Part shown: positions 11,728-25,000 of the stretch, in pieces
How the letters are laid out: every line of letters starts with the position of its first letter
Position numbering within the stretch: position 1 is the first letter of the stretch
DNA from: Oikopleura dioica
Lineage: Eukaryota > Animalia > Chordata
Assembly: GCA_907165135.1 (NCBI GenBank)
Contig: OU015569.1
Span: 6,634,001-6,698,000, forward strand
DNA length: 64,000 bases
Direction of reading: 5' to 3'
Program-made: the position numbers and the translations under genes
The notes under the pieces: generated by a model
Database searches by the model: none
The model's input: only the letters and a program-made list of their open reading frames with translations
Told to the model about the DNA's origin: nothing

Positions 11728-14700
11728 TGATTTCTTGGGAGATATGCCGTCGATGCCCGACATGGAGGTAAGATACAGATTACAGAGCGGGCTACGGGTA
11801 GTTAGTTCTTTTCAGAACTTCAACATGGAGAGTTTCGATATGAATATGGACTTCAATATGGACGACTTTCCAGAGATGCCTTCGTTCAACGACAGTTTCA
11901 ACTTGGAAGACTTCGAAGGAGGCGACATGACCGCTGATCTTCAGAATTTCGAGGACATGAATTCAGATGGTAAGTCCAAAAACTGCCCATAAAAATAATG
12001 CGTATAAGAGTCTGAGGCAGGGCTGGTAAATTCGCGTCCTAAAATCTGTCGAAAATTTTTAGTGCACTAAAATTAGTGCGCGAATTTATTTTGTCGAGAC
12101 TTTAGTGACTTTCGCGTCTCTTTCGCGTGTGTCTCGAAAAGTGTCGAAAATAAGGGCTGCTGATTGGCCCGCCAATGAGCGCGGGCTCTTTAATTCTAAA
12201 GAATACGTAAGTTTGAGAATATCAAACTTCGCTTATATTAGAAATTCAAAAAGTTTGGTTTCAATCAAGTGGATTGGGTAATTAAGGGCGTGAATTTTAA
12301 TATGAAGTCAAAAAAGACTTTGTCAATTCATTTGTTAATTTTCTTTATAAATATAAAGTAACAAATATAGCCTATATTATATAGGGAAAAATACAATTCA
12401 ACTTTTGTTTGCAACTCTTTTTGTGCTGGATTTGAATGATAAGCTTAGACTTTTAGCCTAAGATAAGCTTTCTTAGGGAGGTCTTCTCCCTAATTTTTTT
12501 TATTGAAGGGCCATCCGCAGCTTGTTATTCCTGCTTTTTCCCTTTCTTGTCAATCTTCTTCTTGTCATTGTTTGACTAATTTCAGTGTCCTCAAAAGTCT
12601 GCAGCTGGAGGAGCCTTGTGCGAATTGTTGATATAATTCTATATTTAAAAAATCAAATTTATTCTATAATTCAGAAGGGAGATCTTCTCCCAAGTTCATG
12701 CTTACCTTGTAATTCAGAAAGCAGATTTCCTCCCAATACATTTTACTCAAAAAACTTACATTGCTATATGATAGAAACTCGGTGTTCCAAGCCTTTGTCA
12801 AGCCCCTTAAATTAAAAAAATCAAGGAACTGGGCTGAGACGGCCCGAAGGGCTGTCAAGCCCATTAAATTAAAAAATCAAGGAAGTAAGCGTGAATTTAG
12901 GAGGAGACCTCCCTTCTAAATTATCAAATAAATATGATTCTATGAATAAAGATACTGAATAGAGATACTGAGAAGAGCTCTTAAGACCACGAAAATAGAA
13001 CGTATCAGTCAAGGCTGCTCTAGCTTCAGAGACTGTTGAGGAGAAGTTGTCGGACAACGACAAGAAGAAGGGCAAAAAATGAAGAAAAGCAGGAAGATCC
13101 AGCTGCTGATGGCCCTGCGATAAAAAAATTAGGGAGAGGACCTCCCTAGGCTAGGGACCCTAGCAAAGCTTATCTTACCTCATCATTTAACTCGACAAAA
13201 AGAATTTCCAACAAAAGTTGACTTTTATTCTTTTCAACTTATTTGTTACTAAATAAGTAATTTCTTTAAAATTAAATTGTGTCATATTTACGATGCATTG
13301 ATTTTTATATATCTAGCAGTTTCAGTTTGAAGAAATTCTTCCCTGATCAAAATCGTCTTCCATGAAACTATCATCCGGGAAGAGCCTATTGGATGATGAA
13401 AAAGAGCCTCTTTTTTCGCGTCTTTAGTGCTAATCAGCTCTCGAAAAGTCACTAATTTCCCCAAGAGGAAAAATTAGTGTCATTTTAGTGCACTAAAGGC
13501 GCGAAAGACGCGAAAATGTCTCCAAAAAAAAATTAGTGCGCTAATTTTTTTTTCTTCGAGAGAAAATAGTGCGCTAATTTACCAGCCCTGGTCTGAGGGT
13601 GAAACAGGATTTGAAGAAGAGGATGTTTCGCAGGAAGGCGCTTCCCAAGAGGAGGATGAAGAAATTCATGATGAAGAAAATTTCGAGAGCGAAGATGCGA
13701 GCGATGAATCCATGACCCCTCAAGAGTACGACAACGATGAGAACGGAGGCGAGGGAGACGGAGAGAATAATTGTGCATCGAGTGGAAAATTTCCGGAAGA
13801 CTCGGACGAACTCGACAAGGAGTTAATCAAAAAGAATGAGGAGTTACTCCTTGCTCAATCTCGAAGAAAGAAATCTGGCATCGATCTTCTTCCATTGCGT
13901 GATCCAGAGAGCACCGACTCATCCCAAGAAACGTAAGATTTCTACGGAAGAAATACTCTAATTTAAGGTATTTTTAGAATGATGAGACCACGAAAGTCAA
14001 ACCTCAAGAAAGGAAAAGCAGAAAATAAGACACGGAAAAGTGTGGAGTTCGCAACCCCGATTGAAAAAGTGTCGCGGATCGAGTCCCGAAAGTCCGTGGG
14101 CAGCAAGAAGAAATATGATCGAAGACTCGTAGACGAGGAGGATGAGCCATTCGTCAAGGAAATTAAGGAGTTTCTGAGTATGTCGGAAATGTTTTTAAGC
14201 TCTAACTATAATATTTAGACAAGCCGCGATCGCAAAGCAACCTTGATGTTTTGCGCCATCGACGAGTTCAACAAGGCATGGCTTTTTCAGATGCATTCAT
14301 AACATCCCAATCTACTATATAATTCTTGTCTCCGAAAAAAAGCCTTGAAAGGAATGATTGAAAATTTCCATTCTAAAGCATCAAGACTTGACACAAAAAA
14401 GATGGTTGCAAACACTTCTAAAAAAACAGAAGTTCGAAAAACGATGATCAACTTGGGAAAAACTCAAGGAAAGGATATCTCTTCGCTTTTGTTTTATAAA
14501 CAAAAATAAAGATAAAAGGGATATCCTTAAGAAGGAGAGACAGTGGCTAAAGTCGCCGGGCTCGAACCTTTTCAGAATAAGGCGAAAGCATCAGTCCGAA
14601 AACTTGAACAGCGGTGGGAAAATGAGAATGAAAATTTCGATCATCTTCGAAAGCAACTGCCCAGCGCTATGACCGTTCGTCAGAGCCAAGTTTCGCTGAG

Positions 14701-14897
14701 GATTTCTGTCGCTGGCAAAAATCTGATTCTTGAGCAGATGCGAGAAGCATGGATCAAGAAGAGAGAGGATCACCAACGAAGAAAGGTAAGGCAAGTTATA
14801 ATCAGTATTATTTTTAAATCTGCATTTTTAGTTGAAAGTCAGGGAGCAGATCAAATCAGCCATGACGATGCTCAAACAACTCGGAGCGAAGAACTGA
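11714..14897 (+). CDS. Acidic low-complexity protein with basic/coiled-coil C-terminus, interrupted by a transposon in exon 3
   Basis: MEGNDDFLGDMPSMPDME|NFNMESFDM...NSD G|, intron 11970-12008, then ES[TE insertion]EGETGFEEEDV...; later exons RPRKSNLKKG..., EGETVAKVAGLEPFQNK..., LKVREQIKSAMTMLKQLGAKN* (stop 14895-14897). The frame is continuous across the insertion site once the element and one TSD are removed. Confidence 0.7.
12018..13590. mobile_element. Non-autonomous hAT-like DNA transposon with foldback (nested inverted-repeat) structure, 1573 bp
   Basis: 15-bp perfect TIR CAGGGCTGGTAAATT / AATTTACCAGCCCTG; 8-bp TSD GTCTGAGG (12010-12017 and 13591-13598); subterminal TTAGTGCACTAA/TAGTGCGC repeats; internal inverted pairs (~12462-12515 vs ~13108-13175; ~12668-12706 vs ~12885-12923). 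No transposase ORF. An 8-bp TSD with a CAG terminus is typical of hAT. Confidence 0.92.
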
Positions 14898-15236
14898 AGA
14901 AGAGACAATGTTTCTGCCTCACTTTCCTTTTTGATCTCCTAGATGAATTCCATTTTTTATTCCAATTAATAAACAATTGTACTCTTTATGGGTTTTTTAA
15001 ATCTAGATTTATTTAATTTTGATAATATTACTAGACAGTCAAGTCGACTTATAAAGTCGGAAGAAAGTAAGAAAGGAAAAGATAGATAGAAAAGAAAATA
15101 GTAGTAGAGAGAAGAATATGATAGAGGTTTAAAAGATATACAAAAGCTTTGTGAGGAAAAGACATAAGAGATAGAAAGAGAAAGTATATAAGAGAAACAG
15201 AATGTGTAAAAGTGGAATTAGAGACGTGCACTTTCC

Positions 15237-16459
<1,223 letters not shown>

Positions 16460-16547
16460 TTTTGCAAATTTTTTTGAAAAAACTTGAAAGTTTAAAGTTT
16501 ATATTCAGCAAATCGAAGCTGGATGATCGTTTTTCCTAGAAGATGCA

Positions 16548-16600
16548 TTTAAATACAATCAAGGTGTGAACTCTTTGGCATCACCATATAAGGTCATCTG
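16548..16600 (-). promoter_or_regulatory. Muscle actin proximal promoter: TATA, T-box half-site, CArG box, E-box
   Basis: TATTTAAA on the minus strand (16548-16555); AGGTGTGAA (16562-16570); CCATATAAGG, a perfect CC(A/T)6GG (16584-16593); CATCTG (16595-16600). All lie within ~140 bp of the ATG. Confidence 0.7.
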
Positions 16601-16799
16601 TTTCAACATGCCTAATAGCGGCACAGCGTCAGCCTAGAATAACTTATCACTTCAAACGATATTTCCGAAAAAGGCAACTGACACTTAGCAGAAAATAATC
16701 GGGAGAACCTTTCAAAAATGATTAATAAGGATCATATAGCACCATTTCAAATTCAAATTGAAAGTCTGTGTCATTTTTAATAAAAGGCTTGAAAATTGG

Positions 16800-17400
16800 T
16801 CAAAATTTTATCTCGCTTAGCTTGTTAAAATTTAACATGGTGGTGGCGTCATCATGGGCCTGTTTGAGGTTGTCTGGAGAATCGATTAGGAACGTTCGGA
16901 GTGTGGACGCGACTTTTCTATAATCGACATTTTGGCGAGTAAAGAAGCTCCTGAAAAGTTCATGAATCAGTTCTTCCACTTGATCTTTCAGCGAGAATGC
17001 CAGATATCTGAGTAAGACGAGCTTCTGCGAATTAGTGCCATCGACATTTATCAAGGCACCAACCAGGAGGGAATCGATTTGATCCGTTTGTTCATCGTTG
17101 CGATTTGAGTGAATCGAACTTGTTGAAAGCCATTATAATTTATATTTATATAACAAAAATTATCGCGATTTCAGAATGTGCTCGATATTTTATCCTACCT
17201 AATTTTGTATTACTTCTAAAAATCACGCTTCTTCTGAAAAGAGACACACGTCGCAAGTTGCGAATTGATTCGTCGTCAAAATCACCAAGCGGTTTGGGCT
17301 ATGCAACTGGACAACCCGCTGTCAATGACCTTTACCTTGTTAGTTTCTAATCGAGGCTCGGGAATCGGTGACATTCCAATGCAACCTCTGACATCATCGA
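16800..17400 (-). CDS. Hypothetical helical protein (3' exon clear, 5' exons uncertain)
   Basis: Open exon NDEQTDQIDSLLVGALINVDGTNSQKLVLLRYLAFSLKDQVEELIHELFRSFF...SEIKF* (stop 16800). No family recognised. Confidence 0.4.
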
Positions 17401-17916
17401 ATTGCTTCTTTATTCCTATGCTCGTTCTATAATTTGAAGAACTGTTTTGTGTCCATAATTTGTAGTAAAGATCATATTATTCAATCAATTTTTATTAACA
17501 ATGCAAGTTTAACGATAAACCAGTATCAGATGAAGAAATTAAATTGAGACAATACTGAAGCTTAGTATTTTTTAAGGGTTCGAGCGTGATAAAGGTCATA
17601 AAAATAATTCAGCGTTTCTAACTGTTTGATAGATATCCTAGTTTATTATAATTAAAGTGAAATCAGCACAATACAGAGAAAAATGTAACAAATGGTTTAG
17701 TCGAATCTAATGCAGACGTGACGGGATGATGAATTTCTAACTTTCCTTGCAGTTTTTGTCCGCCACCACCACTATCCGGCGCCGCCAGAGAGCCATGCAA
17801 ATTTCAATCTCTCCCGTGCGAATAAAAAGCTGAAGCATAGCTGCAAATACCATAGACACTTCTTCTCGACTCGAATTAAGAGACGAGATAGCAGAGAACA
17901 TCAACCTTCGATCACT

Positions 17917-18736
17917 ATGAAACTTTTTGCTTTGTTTACCGTTGCTCTTGCCCAGGAAGGTGCTCCGGGCGATGGATCCCGAGCTATGTCTCTCGATAAG
18001 AAGATCAGCAACGCTAAAGTCAAGTGTAACTACTACATGGAGAAGGCTCTCGTTTGCAACCCACCAAGCTCGAAGATCTCCAAGTACAATCATCGAATCG
18101 AGAAGGTCCTCCTCGATGCCAAGTTCCACCTTGAGAGTGGAAAATGCGACAAGAATGCACCAGTACCAGGCCCTTATTCACGAAAACGACGACAGGCCGG
18201 AGACGACCTTTTCTCCGCGGATGAAGAGTTCACTGCTCTCGAGCAAGAGATTGAACAATTCGGCGGAAAGGGAAAATACGGATCCATGGCCAACCCAGAT
18301 CAACTCGAGAGACTCAAGGGTGTCTGCGAAAAGGTAGGGCCGATTGATTAGTGAATAGTATCATGATCTAATGCGTTTTGTTCGATAACGGAAATCTTAT
18401 GAAATATTGTAGTTCGCTAACGCTTCTTTGGCTGACGATTCTCTCGCTGATTGCCCTAAACTCGGAGCCTGGCAGAAACGAATGGCTCACTTGCTCCTTG
18501 ATTTGGACAGAATGGAGGCTGTTTGTGTGAAACAAGAGAGTGCCGCAACTGGCGGTGGAAGCTACCCTACTCAGCCACCAACCACTGAGGATCCATATGC
18601 CATGGAGACAACCACTGCTCTCTATACTGATGGCTACCCAACCACTACAAGCTACTACCCGACAACAACCACCACTACCACCACCAAGTACGTGGGCAAC
18701 AAAAATAAGAACAAGAAAAACAAAAAGAAGAACTAA
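17917..18736 (+). CDS. Secreted Cys-containing proprotein with furin site, Thr/Tyr-rich segment and Lys/Asn-rich tail
   Basis: Signal peptide MKLFALFTVALA; RKRR at 18181-18192; intron 18334-18412 (GT-AG, phase 0) joins GVCEK to FANASLADD...; ends in YPTTTTTTTTKYVGNKNKNKKNKKKN*. Confidence 0.8.
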
Positions 18737-19056
18737 TTCATCTACCCTGCAAAAAATGTATGAAACAATCAAATAATAGCGATAATGTTCATCAAAGATA
18801 TTGCTTAATAAATGCCAATCATCTAACACAGTGAAACTCAGTTTTGTAATTTATTGTGTATTCAAAATATCCTTATGTCAGTTTGAACTTTTAAAAGGTG
18901 AAGATAAATGAGGGAAAATAGTTAAAAATAAGTGAATATAATCGAAAGGAGGTAAAACTTCTTCCTTGTCTGGTAAAAGTTAGCAGGCAGTTATTTGTCA
19001 TTGCATCTAGTCATCAATTCCATCCTAAAAAGTGTTCAGGTCACTAATTATTTTGG

Positions 19057-22000
19057 CTAGTTTACCTCTAATTCGGCATCTCTCTTTTTCAGATAATTCA
19101 GCGCAGCTCTAGCAGCGGAAGCCTTTGCAGCTTTATGATTTCTACCGGCCCCGGCAAACCTTCCCTTATTGTTTGCGATATGTACAGTCACTCGATACTT
19201 TCCATCAGCACGTTTTTCAGGTGCCGAGAACTTGGCCGTTTCCGGTTCGAGTTCGAGCAATTCACGGATCGGTGATCGTGGCGGGTTGATGGAGTACTTG
19301 TCGATGTACTTTTGCAACATCGGCCGGTATACCTTGATGGAATTCAATAAAAATGCGTTCTTTTATTTTCTTCGCTTACCCCCCAGACGGCGTCAAGACT
19401 CATTCCAGAGTCGAGGTAAATTGCGCCGGCAACAGACTCGTAAATGTCACCCAACACTTTTGGAACCTCGATGTCTTCTGAATCTTCCGACTCTTCTCCT
19501 TCATCGGCTTCTTCCTCTAATCTTATTTTTTTAAGATGTGCTTCCATTCCTTCTACATCTTCTCGTGACTCGCAGTAGAGGACATAGTCACGGATAACGT
19601 TGTGTAGATCCGGAGTCAGTGCATACAAGAATTTGTGGTACGTAAACTGAGGATATATTAAACAGAGGATTTAGCGATTTTTACCTTGACGGCAAGGGCA
19701 GCGAAAATATTATTGTTGACTAAAGCAGCTCGAAGATCCGTGAGTTCTCCAGGACTAAACCTCCTTGTTGGATGATCGAAAAGATGTCTGGTGATCAAGA
19801 AGTCGAGAACTGCGTCACCAAGAAATTCAAGTCGTTGGTAGCAGTTAGTCACCTTCAGTATGTTTAAAAGCTGTCTAGACTCTAGAAAAGAGAATATACC
19901 TGGTTGTATTGATAACTGGCATGCGTGAGGGATTGGAGAAGGTATCCCTTATTTTTGAAAGTGTAGCCGATTTTCTTCTCGAAAAGGTGGTAATTCTTTG
20001 TTAGCTTTTCGAGAGCCTGCAGCCTCTGCATTTTTTCCAATTGTGTGCAAGTTTTCAGATGAAAAGGTTCAATCGGCGGCGCAAGGGTGAGAAAAGGAGG
20101 TAGTGGTTTTCCTGTTTCGGGTTCGCAGCACTAACTTTGTTAAACTATGTATATAAAAAATAATTTTACCGATGAGGGAAGTACGATGAGTCCCATATGA
20201 CATAGGAATTGTTGTGTTGCTGGTATTCCAGTCGCTTTCAAGTACGCGCCAATAAGAGCCTCCATGCAATCTGCTATGGATTTATCAGTTAGATATTGCT
20301 CGGAGTAGTGATTGTAAATAAGAGGTTCTTCGGTGTTGATAGGTCTTCCTTTGGTATCAAGTGGTTTCCAGACAGAAATGTCGAATTCATCGCCTGGAAT
20401 CTGTTTTTTGCGGTCAAGGAAGCTCATAAGTTGATTTGATGAGCCGCGCAACATCTCATCGACCATAGTGATGTCTTCGCCGTCAAAATCGTCGGCTGAT
20501 TCAGTACTGCTCTGCTCTTCTTCTAAGTCTCGCGGACGTTCACCTTCGCATTTTTCGAACTCGAAATCGTTCTCATCGTCAGACTCATCGCTTTCTTCCA
20601 ACGCGGCTTGATCTTTATTGAAATAGCCTGGCGGTAACCAATTTCCGCCTGTGTCGTTTTGCATGAACTGCTCGGCTACCATGCGGCCAGGGATGTCGTT
20701 GTAGACACCCAAGCGAAAGAGATTGCGGTTGGAAACTTTTTCGATCGAAGGAATGAAAGCTGACCTTCGTGTTGATGTTCATATTTACAATAAAGATAGC
20801 AGGTGACAGCGTACTTGAGGAAGCAATCACCAAGCATTTCTAACCGCTCAAGATTAAAACCGTCGGAAGATTTGGATAGAGTCAGCGTTTGGAGAATTTG
20901 ATCCGGGGTGGGGCCTACATCTTCCACATTGTGCAGACCAATTGTTTTTGGAACTTCAAGAAGAGGAATATCGTCGTCCGTCTCCTCGATAACTGTAGGT
21001 TGCTCGAGCAATTGCAAGATCTGGTTTTCAATTGTAGTTTCTGCTTGCTCGTCATGCACAATTTCTTCAATTTCGTCAAGGGTGTTGATCTCCCTTGAAT
21101 CGATTTCCTTCTGCTTCTGCTCGAGCTGAGTATCGCTAAGAACTTTGGTGTCAAAGTTTGGCGGCAAGGGTGGACCAAACTTTTCATCTGAAAGCTCTCT
21201 TTTGATTACCGGCGCTTGCAAAAACACATAGTCTCCGTCTTCAACGAAACCACTTTCTTCAACTTCCTTATTTTCGGTGGGATTCTCTGCCGGGTTTTCC
21301 GTGGGATTTTCTGTCGGGTTTTCCGTGGTATTTGCTATGGAATCACCGACTTCATCAGGCAATTCAAGGGTGCCTTCTAACTCGGTGAAAACAGGCGTGC
21401 GAGCTCCGATTTTCTGATTACAGCCGTTCTGGAGCAAGTATGTCGACAGTTCAGTGTTTCTTTCGATTGCAGTAAAGGGAAATTCGAGATGCGTTGTTTC
21501 CACCTCGATCTCATCTTCTTCCCATTGCTTCTGATCGTAATACGGGTAGTTTTTAGGCAATGTAGGTTGTTTACAGAACGGCTCTGAGTTAGGAATATCT
21601 TTGGGGTCCTCCCAGTCGAGTTGTAGATGAGGGAAGGACATACCAATAGGAGGAATGATTAGACCAACTTTAGTTTGTCGGGAGATTCGCCTTCGCAAGT
21701 CTTCAGCTGCGAGTAGACACGAGACGCGATGAAGAATGGATGGAAGACAGACTGCTTTCCGCCAGAGTGATGCCGGCACTGGGTGAACATCGAGAATCTC
21801 AGGTATAAGGTATTGACGATTCGCCTTATCTTCGTACTTCTGACGCTTCTTTTCGAGAGCTGACGCGGGTAACGCGCGTCCTTTCTGAGTAACGAAACGG
21901 GGCGTCAGAAGATTTAATCGACAATCAGTGTGGTCCACGTCGAGAAGTGGTTGACGCTCGTTCGTCAGAACCAGAGACCAGCGTTGCATGTAGTACTGAC

Positions 22001-25000
22001 GGAAGCTTTCGTAATCATCAGCAGGAAATGCTGAATCAGGATCCATGTCGTATTGAATCTCAGCCACGTAGAATCGATTTTGAGTTGGCGCGTCGTGTCT
22101 TCGGTAACTGCAAATAACCACAGAATCTTGATATTCATTCTTAGAGAAGATAAAGGGATCATCTTCGGAGTAAATGTTCACACGCCTTTCTGCATCAGCG
22201 GCTTCTGATGCGAGAACGCGGCCGGCGATAGACTCAGTCAAGTAGTCCCAGTCGATTTGCCAGTCGAGTCCGCTTGTGCAATCCATCGGAGCAATCAAAT
22301 AAGGACAGGGAGATTTGTCTGGGTTGAATTGCACGACTCCACCGGGTCGCTCGATTCTGATAACGTCTTTGTCGAGTTTTTAAATGTATGTATTAGAATT
22401 ATTTAGAAACTACGTAATAAAGGAGGGTTGAACTCTGCCTTGGATGATGTATTGATGGAAAGACTTTATTACCTCCAGCTGGATAGCAGAGAAGCAAACT
22501 TGTTGATAGATTGGTTCTAAATAGACTCCTTCTTCTCCGGACCGGTCAAATATTGAAAAGCCCGGAATCGTGTGTGGAATAGGCTTAGAAGTGATGATCG
22601 CGAAGGACTGAGAACTATCTTCAGGACGATGAAGTTTGCGTCCACGATAGTTATACTTGTCTGCAAGTCCCTGGCGGTAAAACATCGAAATGCGGTAGAC
22701 ATAGCACTCTCCTTCCGGAACAGGAAGGGCACTGTCACCTTGGCCAACTTTCGGTTTCGCCCGCAAGCATCTTGGAATATGTCGTGGGTACTTCTGTCGC
22801 CTCTTTGGGCCGCCTTCTTGGCCAGGTGGAGGCTTTCTTTTTCGATTGAGAGGATTTGGGAAGGGATCGATCTCAAACTTGTACTTTTCAATTTCTTTGC
22901 CGGTGTGGAAAAGAAAATCATCGAGTTCGCCAACAATACGGAGCTTCGTACACGCTACAAAGGCCGCCGAACGCTTAGACAACTCAGCAGTTTCTTGAGG
23001 ATGTCCGATGACGATACCTCTGAGGTGGGAATTGTTAGGAAGAACGAGAGAAGTTTGGAATTTTCCGTCGGCCAGTTGAAGCGTCTTGCGTAATACTGAC
23101 AACTGAGTGAAACTGTCACAAGGCAGTCTTTAGGAGAGATCCGATATTTATTTTCTAATAATACTTCTAAGTTTCGAATAACAATGATCAAAAAATGCTC
23201 GACATAGAGCATTTACTCGAACATAAACAAATTGACCTCTTTCCTGTTGCAGTATTTGTTTAGTAGACTCAGTGAATTTTGCATGGTGATTTTGATTTGA
23301 GGACGAGTTTTTCGGCGCCATCCTTCTGGATGGATCAGATTCTCAGGTTCATCCTCTGGTTCCAAGTAGTCGGGCTCGACAGCACCGATTTCTTCTTTCC
23401 GATAATCCTTCGGCATATCCTCAAATATATGACTCACATCAAGGTCCAAACAGAGCTCTGCGGGGCCAGCTTCTTCAGCCAATGAAGATCTGTGCTTCAG
23501 GTATTCTTCAAGTGTCTTGAACTCTTCGAGCAGTTTGCAGAATCGCAGTTTTTCGTCTTTGTTAATCAAAATCCCATAGAGCGCGTCATTTTGCTGCGAT
23601 AATAGTCGCTTCCCACCGTCATAGCGCAGATATGAGCCAGGTGGGTCAAATCGAAGGACAAGATTGCACTTTGGAATATCGAAATGGCGATGTTTTTCGT
23701 TCTCTGTCTCTGCTTGCGCGATAAGAATGTTTGCCTCCCGTGTTCGAAATTTATGGAGCGCTTCTTCTTGCTTTTTTTTCTCTTCTGCGAGATCTTCATC
23801 GTCGTTTTGAACGTTTGGATTGTCGATCTTTGCCAATTGGCATAGAGCCTTAATTTCAATTGAAGAAAATCAAGATCATTTCGGCAAGTACCTGACAGGA
23901 AACGTGGCATAAGTCAGGGTCAGCCCTCGCAGCGTCTTTCATGATCTTGCCTAAGTACTTCGCGACAGGTCTTTCGTTAACGAGAACACATCCCCAAAGA
24001 CGGTTAGTGAAAGGTGTGGGACCAGGGCTATCATCTGAACCGGCATCATCTTGATCGTTACACTGATCATTGTGCCAACTAACATAGTTGGCGTCGTCGC
24101 GATCGTTGTATTGGCTTGAAGCTTGAGTTTTTTTCCAGATTACCAAATTAAGATCATTACCTGTCCGGGTTTCGCTGCTTGACCTCTGGCTTGTATTCAC
24201 GGAGAACATCCATCAGGCGAGCGACCTTTGTAGTGACGAAATCTCGGGAGAAGCCAGAAACGCGCATGGTTTCGTCGCAGAGGACGTAGACTTTGCGCAG
24301 CGCAGTCATGAGAAGCTCGAGACCGATGATGTGATTGTAACGAGTTTCTTGCTTTGTGCGCCGCTGTAGGTAACGGATGTTTGTCTGATAGAAACGATAA
24401 AGCGCCCATGGGCCTAACTGTTCAAGCAAAAGCTTCGCTTCTGTGAGAAATGCGATCGGTATGGCCATCGGATCATTGTCATAATCGCGTTCGTCCTCTT
24501 CGGCGACGTAAGTTGAGCAATCACTGTCCTCCGAAGAATCACTTGAAGAATCAGAAACTGATTCAGGATACTCAATCACTTCATGAGTTAGTTGCATATT
24601 GAGTGTTGTGTACTCCTTCGAAGATACTTCGTCCAGTTGGAGATTATACTGTCTGGCCTGTTCTTCTACGTACTCTCGCTCGGCAGTTTCGATTGCTTCC
24701 AGCTCACTTTCGGTGTATTCAGTTCCTTCGAATTCGCGTTCAACGGTCTCCCTATCGCCGTAGTCGGGAGTTACATAGGTCGTCAAGGATGAAGTAGAGG
24801 CTTCAGCGTCTTCATCGAATTTCGTCTCCATCGCATTTTGCCGCCGCTGAGCCGCGGAAAGTTTAACTCTTTCGATTATCTCTTGATGTTTCCTTCTATA
24901 GTATGCTTCTTCGTCAGTCATGCGCTCTTCAACGCTGCTTTCGGAATCTTGGACTGCCGACATATTTTGATGAAGCTGAGCTTGCGGGATCGATTCAGAA

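Noticed and set aside
13917-13926. ACTCATCCCA, matching the start of the Oikopleura spliced leader as recalled
   Set aside because: Only 10 nt match, inside a coding exon, with no following SL sequence, donor or Sm site.
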